From NCBI RefSeq assembly GCF_963676685.1, contig NC_092353.1, forward strand, positions 68,448,001 to 68,512,000: a stretch of DNA of 64,000 nucleotides. The letters run 5' to 3'. Each line of letters opens with the position of its first letter. Position 1 is the first letter of the stretch. Source of the stretch: Mytilus edulis. Taxonomy: Eukaryota. A program made the position numbers and the translations under genes. A model generated the notes under the pieces. It was not told the origin of the DNA and did no database searches. It saw nothing but the letters and a program-made list of their open reading frames with translations. Of this stretch, positions 50,207 to 60,535 are shown in pieces.

Positions 50207-51595
50207 TCACTCCACCTCTCCGATTGTCTTCTCTAATTCGTGTAAATGTTTTTCATCTACTACCTCAAGAAGATCTTCCGTCAAAAACTCTTCCGGATTC
50301 CTTATTATGTTGTCAATTTTCTTGAGTAAAGTTGATTGGATTGACTTGTGCTCTTTGATCCATTTTTTGTCATTTTCTGTAAGCTGTTTCTTGTATTGGC
50401 CTATTCCTTCCATGACATTTAAGGTCGGAATGAAATAGTGTGGACATACAAAATTTTCAATGCATTTCCGTAAGCTGCTCAGAAATGCTAGAAAGGCCAT
50501 ACCAGGGTACTCGGCAAATTGTTGAGGGTCCCGGGTTTCACACGCCCAAAGATAAATCGTCTTCAAGTGATATGATGTAAGACCGACACGCGCATCTCCG
50601 TTTTCCATCACCCCCATATCCAGATATTTTTTCTTTACTAGTTTGAGCAAAATGAAGAGAAACTTCTGATGAAAAGAAAACCTTGTTGTCAGTTGTTGTT
50701 CTGCTAGAGCAAATGTTATTTTCCACTGCAAAGGATAAACCAACATTGACGTTTTGTGTGTCAACAAGCAGCCATCTTGAACAATAGTGTCGACTACCTT
50801 TGTTTCCGGCCATTTTCTCTCGCGGTTCTGGAAGTCTGATAGTTTATGGGGCCATGGACCTTTGAGGGCAGAAACTTTATCAACTAGAATTTTGAATTTG
50901 AGTTCTCTTCCACCAACAATCATAGTCTCCGTGTTAGTTCGACATGTTCTATACAATGGCAACATTCGGATTGTTTCTAACGGTTCAATTTCAATCTCGC
51001 CTAAAATACTTGGATCTTCCTGTCGTGGAATTAAGCATGTATATCCTAACGATTTCAAATAAGTTTTGCCATTCCAAAGTTTTTTGAAAAATTTCCACCT
51101 TTGACCTGCATCTACTTCATCAATATCACTGGTTACCTGTACTAAACATGCACCCATTGGCAGTTCAATTTGTCTATTTTTGTCATCCATAAAATCCATC
51201 TGAACTGTTATAAAAGGCTGTTTTTCAGTTGGTACAACAAAATTAGGTTCTTCTCTATTATACAGAACACTCGCCTCGTCACTCTCAGAATAAATTGGAA
51301 GGGCAGCATTTGGCATTTCTCGGTTATACAAAACATCAACTTCAACTAGGTAAGACCCGTCCGGCATGACCTCAGGGAAGTACAGCTCGTTACCTACACT
51401 ACCAACAACTGTTACTGTATCATAAGGTCTTTGTTTTCTGTAATCTACAACTTTCTGGTGAACATAATCAAGGACAGGCTTTATTTCTTTTACCTTATTC
51501 GCTGCTCTTTCCATCAAGAAAAGTAATCTTTTATCTAGATTTTCGGTACTTCTTATATCTAACCCAATTGAAAACTCCTCTGGTAAGCTCGTCAT
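50207..51595 (-). CDS. Mab-21 / cGAS-like receptor (cGLR) nucleotidyltransferase, paralog A (462 aa)
   Basis: NTase motif VVGS(65-66)...EVD(85,87), third acidic residue in ILVDKVSAL (D239). Mab-21 signatures WP...RERKWP...IVQDGCLLTHK, WKITFALAE, SYHLKTIYLWACE, CPHYFIPTLN. Acceptor ttttcag 60 nt upstream of the ATG with an in-frame stop in between. Confidence 0.92.
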   Translation of the reverse strand: MTSLPEEFSIGLDIRSTENLDKRLLFLMERAANKVKEIKPVLDYVHQKVVDYRKQRPYDTVTVVGSVGNELYFPEVMPDGSYLVEVDVLYNREMPNAALPIYSESDEASVLYNREEPNFVVPTEKQPFITVQMDFMDDKNRQIELPMGACLVQVTSDIDEVDAGQRWKFFKKLWNGKTYLKSLGYTCLIPRQEDPSILGEIEIEPLETIRMLPLYRTCRTNTETMIVGGRELKFKILVDKVSALKGPWPHKLSDFQNRERKWPETKVVDTIVQDGCLLTHKTSMLVYPLQWKITFALAEQQLTTRFSFHQKFLFILLKLVKKKYLDMGVMENGDARVGLTSYHLKTIYLWACETRDPQQFAEYPGMAFLAFLSSLRKCIENFVCPHYFIPTLNVMEGIGQYKKQLTENDKKWIKEHKSIQSTLLKKIDNIIRNPEEFLTEDLLEVVDEKHLHELEKTIGEVE

Positions 51596-52608
51596 GTTGA
51601 CTCTTTCTTGGCGCCCTTCTTCGTATACTCTGAATCAGTGCAACTTTTGATGGTACTGAAAATATAAATAATTTTACTACTCAGCAGGCTTATATATGTA
51701 TATGTGTATAGATATTTTTTCTAATATAAATATTCATCAAGTTTTCGTAAATATGAAATCGTACTTAAACGCAGGTGGGTGTAACCAAGTTGACATTCAA
51801 ACTCATAATTCGAAGAAAAACTACATGCCAACTAAAGAAAAACTACGAAACGAGTCTAACAAACTCTACATGAAACGACGTTAAACTGTGACATATCGGG
51901 AAAAATGATTTTTTCGACTGAATTTAATCATTCAAAATGATTTAACTTGACAACGAGTCCATGGGCCCCTCTTTTTTAAAATAACATTAGGTTTGATTAC
52001 GTGTGAAGATTATATGTACCAATTTTTAATGAAAAGGTCACTGATAAATTGTTTTTTATATAACCTTAAGCTCGAGTGACTATACTAGTATACTGCATTC
52101 AATTTTAAAACAAGGATCTTGAAACTATATGAAATCAGTTCTTTCCAGAAGTATATTGCCGTTAACAAACTTTTTTCAAATATACAGCAAAAACTGCCGT
52201 TTTCTTTCTAAAATTATGAAACTTTGATGAAAAATAATTATTTCCAAAAAATTGTTATACAAATTTAAAAATGTTTACAAATATACGCTTGTGCTTATCT
52301 AAGAAACAAAAAGTAAGGTCTATCTGTTCAAGGATTTGTATAGTATATATATACAAATCCTTTGGGTTTTTTCAAGGGATAGAAATGTAAATAAAACCCC
52401 AGAAATTTTGAGTAAACGTGCTAACATTTTGACCCCATTCATATCTTAAAATATTACAAAAAAGTATTGTTCTATTGCATATTAATTTTGAACTAACAAG
52501 GTAATTATATATATAATATGCACATTTTTCATTAAAAAATAACCGTGGGACAAAAACTGTACTGTATGCCCATAATTTGCATTATCGTTTTCCAAAAAAT
52601 GTACTTAC

Positions 52609-52675
52609 TGTTGAAGATAACAGACATCAGCATCAGCTTTTTTATTATTTGTTTACTTTCGTTTTGTTTATATAT
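52609..52675 (-). promoter_or_regulatory. Putative promoter and non-coding first exon of cGLR paralog A
   Basis: Minus strand reads TATATAAA-c-aAAACGAAAGTA...CTGATGctGAT...tgttatcttcAACA|GTAAGT. This is a strong donor and is homologous to the element at 58751-58820. Confidence 0.6.
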
Positions 52676-53239
52676 CCTTGAACTTAGGCTACAATACATA
52701 TACTACACTAAGCATATAATAAGTTTAAAATCATTCGGTTGAGATAACACAAATCGATGACTTTATGGTGCGTCATAAATCATAAAAATGAATGTTTTTT
52801 GCTTGAGATATTATGTCTAAGCATTAATAACACAAACGTCGTAAACACATTAATTTGAGAATATTTTGTTTCTAAAATGCATCATCTTAATAAATCTAGT
52901 ATCCAGTGGAAAGTAAAATAAAAAAAAAATACTGAACTCCGAGCAAAATCCAAACGGAAAGTCAACACGTAACTAGTTTTTTGCCGTCTTCTTTATCTTA
53001 AGTTTTAAACCTTTACCTCGAGTTACTATACTAGTTTCCTGCATTCAAGTTTGAAGCCAGGATCTCAAAACTATATTAAAACAGTTCTTTCCAGAAGTAT
53101 AAAGCCGTCAACACTTTTTCAAACCCCAACACGTTCAGTCTGAATATACTATGAAAACCTGATAGGCACAATTACGAGCCTCAACTGAAATACAAGTTGT
53201 AAATAACATATCATCTTTAGTATGAGTATTCACTTATTA

Positions 53240-53565
53240 ACCTTACTTTCCGCTATATAGATGATGTTCTCTCACTAAATAATTCAAAATTTGGTGACTA
53301 TGTTGAACGCATCTATCCAATCGAACAAGAGATAAATGATACAATTAAGTCTGCCTCATATGTTGACTTACACCTAGAAATTGACAATGAAGGTAGGTTG
53401 AAAATAAAATTTTACGGCAAACGATATGAGTTTAGCTTCCCAATTGCGAACTTTCCATTACTGCATACGGAGTATAATAATATCTCCCAATTGATACGAT
53501 ATTCTTGTATTTCCTATCATGATTTCCTTGATAGAGGGTTCAAATAGTGAAGTTGAAGTTATCCC
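53240..53565 (+). mobile_element. Penelope-like element reverse transcriptase fragment
   Basis: TFRYIDDVLSLNNSKFGDYVERIYPIEQEINDTIKSASYVDLHLEIDNEGRLKIKFYGKRYEFSFPIANFP, containing the YIDD RT motif, then truncated. Confidence 0.8.
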
Positions 53566-54690
53566 GTCTATATATTTACTGATTCCGTTCTTATCCCTAT
53601 TAAGCTATTGTAACAGTATTGCGTTAACTTTATATTTGCATGTCGGACAATGCTTGTCAACGCAACCTATCTCATTCTATTTGGAGTTCATGTGATTCTC
53701 GTTATTTTTTGTAGCTTAATTTGTATATTTTTGCTGGATTTACGAGATTTAAAGATCGACAAGGGACGTAGTCTCTTCCTCATAAACAGAGCACGGACCT
53801 GACTCGAAAAATGCCCGAGGAGTGTAATGAAGAATGAACAACTGCAATTCTCTTAACATGATTTACCGTAATAAAACGTATACTGGTTAACCGAAACAAT
53901 GTGTCTTTGACTCTATTTTTATTTATTTATGCATATCATTTTAGCTTTGTCAATAGACTATGGTTTCCTTGATTAAAAAAAAGAATCAAAACCCCTCCAC
54001 CAATTTAGTATAAACATGATATATATATATAAATACGTCTTAAACAGTGTGGGAAAAGTATGAGCTAATTCAATGACAAATAAAAAATAACAGAAGATTA
54101 GTTATTCGATATTCAAACCTCTGACACATACTGTGAAGGTACAAATCAATGTAAGAAATTTGGAATCACAAGATCCTCAAAGGAACGAGACTGTGCGCGT
54201 CTACTGCAATGAGTGAGTGTCATACTTTAACAAACAAAAAAAGACGTTTGCAAAACCCAAAATGATAATCCACTCAGTAAAAATATTCCAATTAAAAATA
54301 GGACTCGATCGACAAATTGACAAGTAAGAAAAATATTCATGTATTTAGAACAGACAGCGAAAACATGCAACTAGTCAATTGACGAATTCGTGATCACTGT
54401 AAAACGTTTGCAGCGACTATTTCATTGGTCTAGAACTCTGTTGGAGCAGTATGAATAGCATCCGTACCAATGAAGTCCGTATAGTGTGAACGAGCACATT
54501 TATTATTCGTTTTTCTCACTTTTACTGTCATCACAATATGTAAAAAGAAAAACAAAGAAAAAAGAAAAAAGAACGATCAATTGTGATATTTGAAAATAAA
54601 AAAAATCATTTAGAATAAATAAATTCACGATTCGAAGTAAATGATTTTGTTCATATTTAGCACCTTTCAATTTCACACATAGTGAAAACC

Positions 54691-56076
54691 CTATTGTTCA
54701 TCTCCAATTGTCCTTTGTAGCAGATGTATATGAGTTTCATCTATTTCATCAAGAATATCGTCGGTCAAGAAATTTTCAGGCTTCTGCATTAAAATACTAA
54801 TTTGTCGGAGTGTAATGTTTTGGAGCATTTTCCGCTTATGCGTCCATCCTTCAATTTCTTCTTCTGTAGGCGGTCTCTTATATTGTTTAAGTCCTTCCAT
54901 GACATTTAATGTTGAAATGAAAAAGTGCGGACAGTCGTAAAATTCAATGCATTTCTTCAACTTCTTCAGAAAAACTAAATAGCATATACCTGGATGATGA
55001 ATAAACTGTTGAGGATCCGTGGCTTCACACATCCATAGATAAATTGTCTTCAAGTGGTATGATGTTAAACCCACAATCGGTACTCCATTTTCCATTAAAC
55101 CCATGTCCAGATACTTCTTCTTCACTTGTTTGATCAATATGAACAAATATTTCTGATGAAATGAAAACGTTTTTGTCAGTTGTTGTTCTGCTAGCGAAAA
55201 TGTAATTTTCCACTGCAAAGGATAAACCTGCAGTGATGGCTTGTGTGTCAACAAGCAACCATCCTTGACAATACTTTCTACTATCTTTGTTTCTGGCCAT
55301 TTTCTCGCGCGGCTCTGGAAATCTGACAGCATATTAGGCCAAGGACCTTTTAGAGCAGAAACTTTGTCAACCAAAATTCTAAATGTAAGCTCTCTTCCAT
55401 CAACAAGCATAGTATCCATCTCAGTTCTACATGTCCTATACAACTGCAAAATTTTTGCCTTTTCCAATGGTTCAATTTCAATCTCCCCTAAAATACTCGG
55501 ATCTTCCTGTCGTGGAATTAGGCATGTATATCCCAAAGATTTCAAGTAAGTTTTACCATTCCAAAGTTCTTTGAAAAACTTCCACCTCTGACCTTTTTCC
55601 ACTTCATCAATGTTACCGGTAACCTCTACTAAGCATGCCCCTATTGGCAAAGTCACTATTTTGTTTTCGTCATTCATGAAATCCATCTTAACGGTTATAA
55701 CAGGCGGCTTTTCAGTAGGCATGACAACACGCGTTTTTTCTCTGGTATACAGAACATCATCAGGAGGCATATACATGGGAAGGATAGCATTTGGCATTTC
55801 TCTGTTATACAACACATCTACCTCTATCAAATAAGAACCGTCCGGCATGACCTCGGGAATGTAAAGCTCGTTTCCTACACTACCAACCACTGTTACTGTA
55901 TCGTAAGGTCTTTGCTTTCTATAATCTGCAACTTTCTGATGAACATAATCTGTGATAGGCGCTACTTCTTTGACTTTCTTTGCTGCTTTGTCCATTAAGA
56001 AAAGTAATCGTTTATCGAGACTTTCAGTGCTTCTTACATCAAGGTTAGTTGTAAAATCCTCTGTTAAATTTGCCAT
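54691..56076 (-). CDS. Mab-21 / cGAS-like receptor (cGLR) nucleotidyltransferase, paralog B (461 aa)
   Basis: Colinear paralog of 50207-51595 with the same GS / E85-D87 / D237 residues and the motifs SYHLKTIYLWMCE and CPHFFISTLN. Homologous acceptor (tttcag|tacc) 51 nt upstream of the ATG with an in-frame stop. Confidence 0.92.
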   Translation of the reverse strand: MANLTEDFTTNLDVRSTESLDKRLLFLMDKAAKKVKEVAPITDYVHQKVADYRKQRPYDTVTVVGSVGNELYIPEVMPDGSYLIEVDVLYNREMPNAILPMYMPPDDVLYTREKTRVVMPTEKPPVITVKMDFMNDENKIVTLPIGACLVEVTGNIDEVEKGQRWKFFKELWNGKTYLKSLGYTCLIPRQEDPSILGEIEIEPLEKAKILQLYRTCRTEMDTMLVDGRELTFRILVDKVSALKGPWPNMLSDFQSRARKWPETKIVESIVKDGCLLTHKPSLQVYPLQWKITFSLAEQQLTKTFSFHQKYLFILIKQVKKKYLDMGLMENGVPIVGLTSYHLKTIYLWMCEATDPQQFIHHPGICYLVFLKKLKKCIEFYDCPHFFISTLNVMEGLKQYKRPPTEEEIEGWTHKRKMLQNITLRQISILMQKPENFLTDDILDEIDETHIHLLQRTIGDEQ

Positions 56077-58750
56077 GCTATTGAACTCTTTCTTAGAAAA
56101 CTTGAATCGATGAAACTACTGAAGGTACTGAAAGTATAAACAAATTACAGAATGTACTGATATTCCTTTCTAACATTAAAGATTCTTTGGCAAAAATACA
56201 ATCTATATAAACTGTGAAATTCTATTGATGTTAAACCTAAAACTGCAAAACTCGGATCCAGCCATTTTTAAAAGGGGGTTCCAATCATATGTCCTCTTTC
56301 AAACGCATTGATCGTCAATCCTGAATGTTGTAACACACATACTCTAAAAATGTGTGCTTGTTGTAATAGCATCACAAATGAAATGCAAATAGTGCCCTGT
56401 TAAAGATAAGTTAAGTCCTATATGAAATTGTGTTAATTTTCAATATGATATTTTAAAATGAAATCCGTCCATCTATTTGAAAAGAAAATATCAATAAATA
56501 TTTAATATACTTAGTAGAACATTTTCAACTGTCCTTCCAATTATAGTGGACATATTTCTCTTTTTGGTTGCTTATGTACTCTATAAGATAGTTTTTTTTT
56601 AAATATTATTTTACAGATTCTTGAAATAACGATATGCTACAAAAGGAACAGACAGAACTTATTTTTTTACATTCCGTACCTGTAACTGACAAGAAAGCTA
56701 AATAAAGCGCAAGAAACAATCATTGACAAAAGAAATGTTGCTTTTCAAAACATACTAGTATATATTTCTATCATGTATTTTTTTTATTATATTAATTTCA
56801 CCAAATTGATTACATATATAATTGATATATGTAACATTTGCCACTGGATCACATACCCTTACCCAATCAATTTCTTATACCTAACATATGTGTATTTCTT
56901 CTCTTATGACAGCAATCAACCTAGTGTTCCGTTTTATATTTGATTTTAAAAACTTGATATAATTGGTTTTATTTTATACAGTAATTACAGAAAAAAACTA
57001 TAATAAACACTGTCAGTAACTTTCTTTCAAACAAGGTAGTGATAAGAGCTTATTTTGTCTTCTTTCTGTGGCTCATTAACAACATATTCCAAAATTTCAT
57101 CATATTTTCACCGGTTCCATCTGTTGCACTTTAATTTTCCCTCAATTATTTGAAATAACTTTTTGTGTGTATGTTTGCTCTTGATTTATAGACATCTGTG
57201 CTTTAGTCATTGTTCTTTGTACAGTATATAAACTGTATAGTGCGTGAAAACTGCTCACTAAGTATTAAACTAAAGGCTAGCTTAACCTCAAACCTAATGA
57301 GTGTTACTGTTGTAGGCTCTTTTCACAGAAATTCTTAATGAAAATGAATGAATTTATTTTACAATTTATCTGAATGTAATCAGTGAATCTGTAAAAAAGA
57401 TCTTAATTATTTCAGGGATTTTGTAAAATCACCAGTCAAAATCAGGGATTTTATGAAATCCCTAATCAGTTCAGTGATTTTACAAATTCCCATAAATTTC
57501 AGTGATTTTACAAAATCCCCGATTTCACAAATTCCCTGTAACATATATACATATTTGTTTAGGGGCCAGCTGAAGGACGCCTCCCGGTGCGAGAGTTTCT
57601 CGCTGCATTGAAGACCCATTGCTGGCCTTCGGTTGTTGTCTGCTCTATGGTCGGGTTGTTGTCTCTTTGACACATTCCCCATTTCCATTCTCAATTTATA
57701 AGTCTTTTTGTAAAAGAGGGTCAAAAGCAAACATTCTCCTCATTAAGCCTGCAAAATGCTTAGATAAAGTAAATATGTTTTGTGCTAAATAGAAATATAT
57801 CTATGAATCTTAGTTAAACTGAAATAACAATATTATATTAGAATACGAAGATATCCCTTAAAATAAACTACTATTTGTGATTTTGTTTTATAAAGTGGGT
57901 AAGGTAAAGTTTAATTTATTAAAACTCACTAACCCCATGTTAGGAACTTATTCATTAAGGTTATCTGCAAAATTTTGGTAAGTTGATTATCACTTGTGTA
58001 TAGATATAGGTAGATGTGGTACGATTGCTAATGATCGAGACAACTCTCCATCCAAGTAACAATTTATAAAAGTAAACCATTATAGGTCAAGGTACGGCCT
58101 TCAACACGAAGCTATGGCTCACACCGAACAGCAAGCTATAAAGGGCCCCAAAAATTACTAGTGCAAAATTATTCAAACGGGAAAACCAACGGTCTAATCT
58201 ATATAAAAACGAAAAACGAGAAACACTTATGGACCACATAAACAGACGACAACCACTGAACATCAGATTCCTGAGTTAGGACAGGTGCAAACAATTGCAG
58301 CGGGATTCAACGTAATGGTACCAAATCTTCTCCCTTTTTCTGAATCAATAGTAGAACATCACAACATAGAAAGACACACTATAAAATATCAATTGGAATG
58401 ACTTAACTCAATCAAAAAACGTAATTACACAAATTGACACACAATGAACGAATAAATTTGATCTGTGATACAATGTAAATACATAGTTAATAAAAATAAA
58501 GGATGATTAAAGTAAAAGTATAAAAACTGTACCCAGAAGACAAGTCCTTTCGACCCTTTTGCCTTGCAATTGTTATCTTTTGTTACAGGAACCGTTGGAA
58601 AACTCATTCAAATAAATAGTGTGCTCATTGTTTAAACTACTCATTCGGAATGCAGAAAAAAATTGTCTCCTATTTCATTTGTCGTTAAAGTATTCAAACT
58701 TTTTTTTTTTAATTTCTTTTACAATCCTTGATTGTAAAATGAAAACTTAC

Positions 58751-58822
58751 TGTTATGAATAGCAAATGATCTCCATCAGTATCTATATTGTTTCCGGTTT
58801 AGTTTAAGTACTTTCGTTTATG
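58751..58822 (-). promoter_or_regulatory. Putative promoter and non-coding first exon of cGLR paralog B
   Basis: Minus strand reads AAACGAAAGTA...aaCCGGAAac...CTGATGgaGAT...tgctattcatAACA|GTAAGT, homologous to 52609-52675. Confidence 0.6.
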
Positions 58823-59769
58823 ATGTAAACATGCAGGTCCTTGAACTCATCAAATGTTAAAAAACAACATAATTATATACTTATATACATAATTCGTTAC
58901 ACTTTATTCGGTTCACAACACATATATCAGATGGAATGCATGGAAAATTAGATCATGCATTGTGAATTAATTGTACCTTTATTACATTATGTATTGTTCT
59001 CTGCTATATCTGTTGTTTTGTCATGTCGTATATATATTGTTTATGTATTGCCATAGCATGTTTATGCTTTTGCAAATAAAATATGCATTCATACATTCAT
59101 TAATAGATTATTCATTATGTAAAAATTATTTTGGGACGATTTTTTAAAATTAATTACTATCATCAACTATGGGCATATTTTCTTTTATAATGATTCGTGT
59201 TTTTGCTTAAATTTAAATAAAATCTATTCCCACAGGCGACAGTTGTTCTATTTTGACTGTATATCTGAACCCTGTCTGTCTCATTGACATTAACAATTTG
59301 AATTTTAAGCTCAAGTGTTAGTGCGGCATAATGTCGAAATGATAAAATTAATAGTATATGGTATATGAACCACTAGCCGGTGTTTCTTATTTCACAAAAT
59401 ATAACCTTTGAAATCGGTAGACAACAGATTTTAAATCCAAGGTTTTTTTTAAGTCAGAATATAGAAAGAAATCTGGTAGGATGAATTAATCCTCACAACT
59501 TAAAGTAAAACTATTGACAAAATGTATTCTTTTCGTCCGAGTTTTGATTGAGAATTGTGTACTTTTAAAAAAAATAAAATTATCCTCTTAACATGCTTAA
59601 ATTTTGGTCTTTTGTGGATAGTTGTCTCATTGGCAATCATACCACATCTTCTTTTTTATATTAACAATAGTAGACTACAAAAGTTACTAGCTATATGTAG
59701 TTTATTGAAACTCATCAACTTATGTAATGAACGTATTGAAAAAAAGTTTCTCTGCATAATAACCTAAAT

Positions 59770-60535
59770 CTTGTACTGTTATGATCAAACTCAGTTACCA
59801 TGGTTACTGTAAAGACTCGTCTAAATTGCATTTAATTGATAAATTCAACAACACTCAACGAACTTATCTTGGTGGTATTGTTTCGTTAAATAACCAAGAA
59901 TTTTCTAAATATACTGCCGAAATTTACCCAAATGAACTTACTTTAGATAAATCAAATGTATGCGGTAATAATTTCCTTTCCTACATTTAAATATTTCGGG
60001 TTTACACGGGAAACTCCACACTAAAATTTACGACAACAGGGACGATTTTTCGTTCTCTATTGTTATTTTCCCCTTTTTGGATGGTGATGTTTCTTTGTTA
60101 CCATCTAACGAATACGGGGTTTATATTTCGCAACTCGTTCGCTATTTGCTCATGTCTGTTGTCACAGTGACGTTTTTGATTTTAACGAAGGTAATCTATA
60201 TATATTATTGGTTAATTAGCCAGGGGTGTTTAGTTACCACAAATTCCTTAAACCTTTACTAGATTCTTCCATAGATATAAAGATTTGGTTTTGAAGTTTG
60301 GTTGTACCTGTAGAAAACTTATTTCACACGGGATAACACATCCTCATTTTTTGCGGAAATGTTGTTACCGTGCCCGGCCTTTGAAATTTAGAAACGACCC
60401 TGGGAAACTGATCCTTTAAATAAACTCATTCTAAAAGGTTATCAATTCAACACTGTATTTAGATAATTGAATATTGTTTTTATTGGACTTGATATTGATT
60501 TTAATTTGTTATCGGTAAATTAAAAGCAAACTAAA
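59770..60535 (+). pseudogene. Degenerate Penelope-like RT relic
   Basis: FNNTQRTYLGGIVSLNN (eroded YxDD)...KIYDNRDDFSF...FPFLDGDV...YGVYISQLVRY, with stops and frameshifts. Confidence 0.7.

Noticed and set aside
51596-51655. Possible N-terminal extension or selenocysteine read-through of cGLR-A via an in-frame TGA
   Set aside because: Paralog B has TAG in the equivalent leader and the segments are not conserved as protein, so this is best read as 5'UTR.
50538-55834. Conserved alternative-frame and antisense ORFs in both cGLR paralogs (50538-50813, 55025-55300, 50787-51062, 55241-55549)
   Set aside because: They are explained as shadows of the conserved main reading frame. There is no independent evidence of coding.
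56670-56700. Possible 6-nt microexon (tcag|TTACAG|gtacgg) in the cGLR-B 5'UTR intron
   Set aside because: There is no counterpart in paralog A, and such motifs arise by chance.
51655-58751. Idea that one shared leader exon splices alternatively to either cGLR coding exon
   Set aside because: Each paralog has its own homologous leader and donor, so two separate genes is the simpler model.
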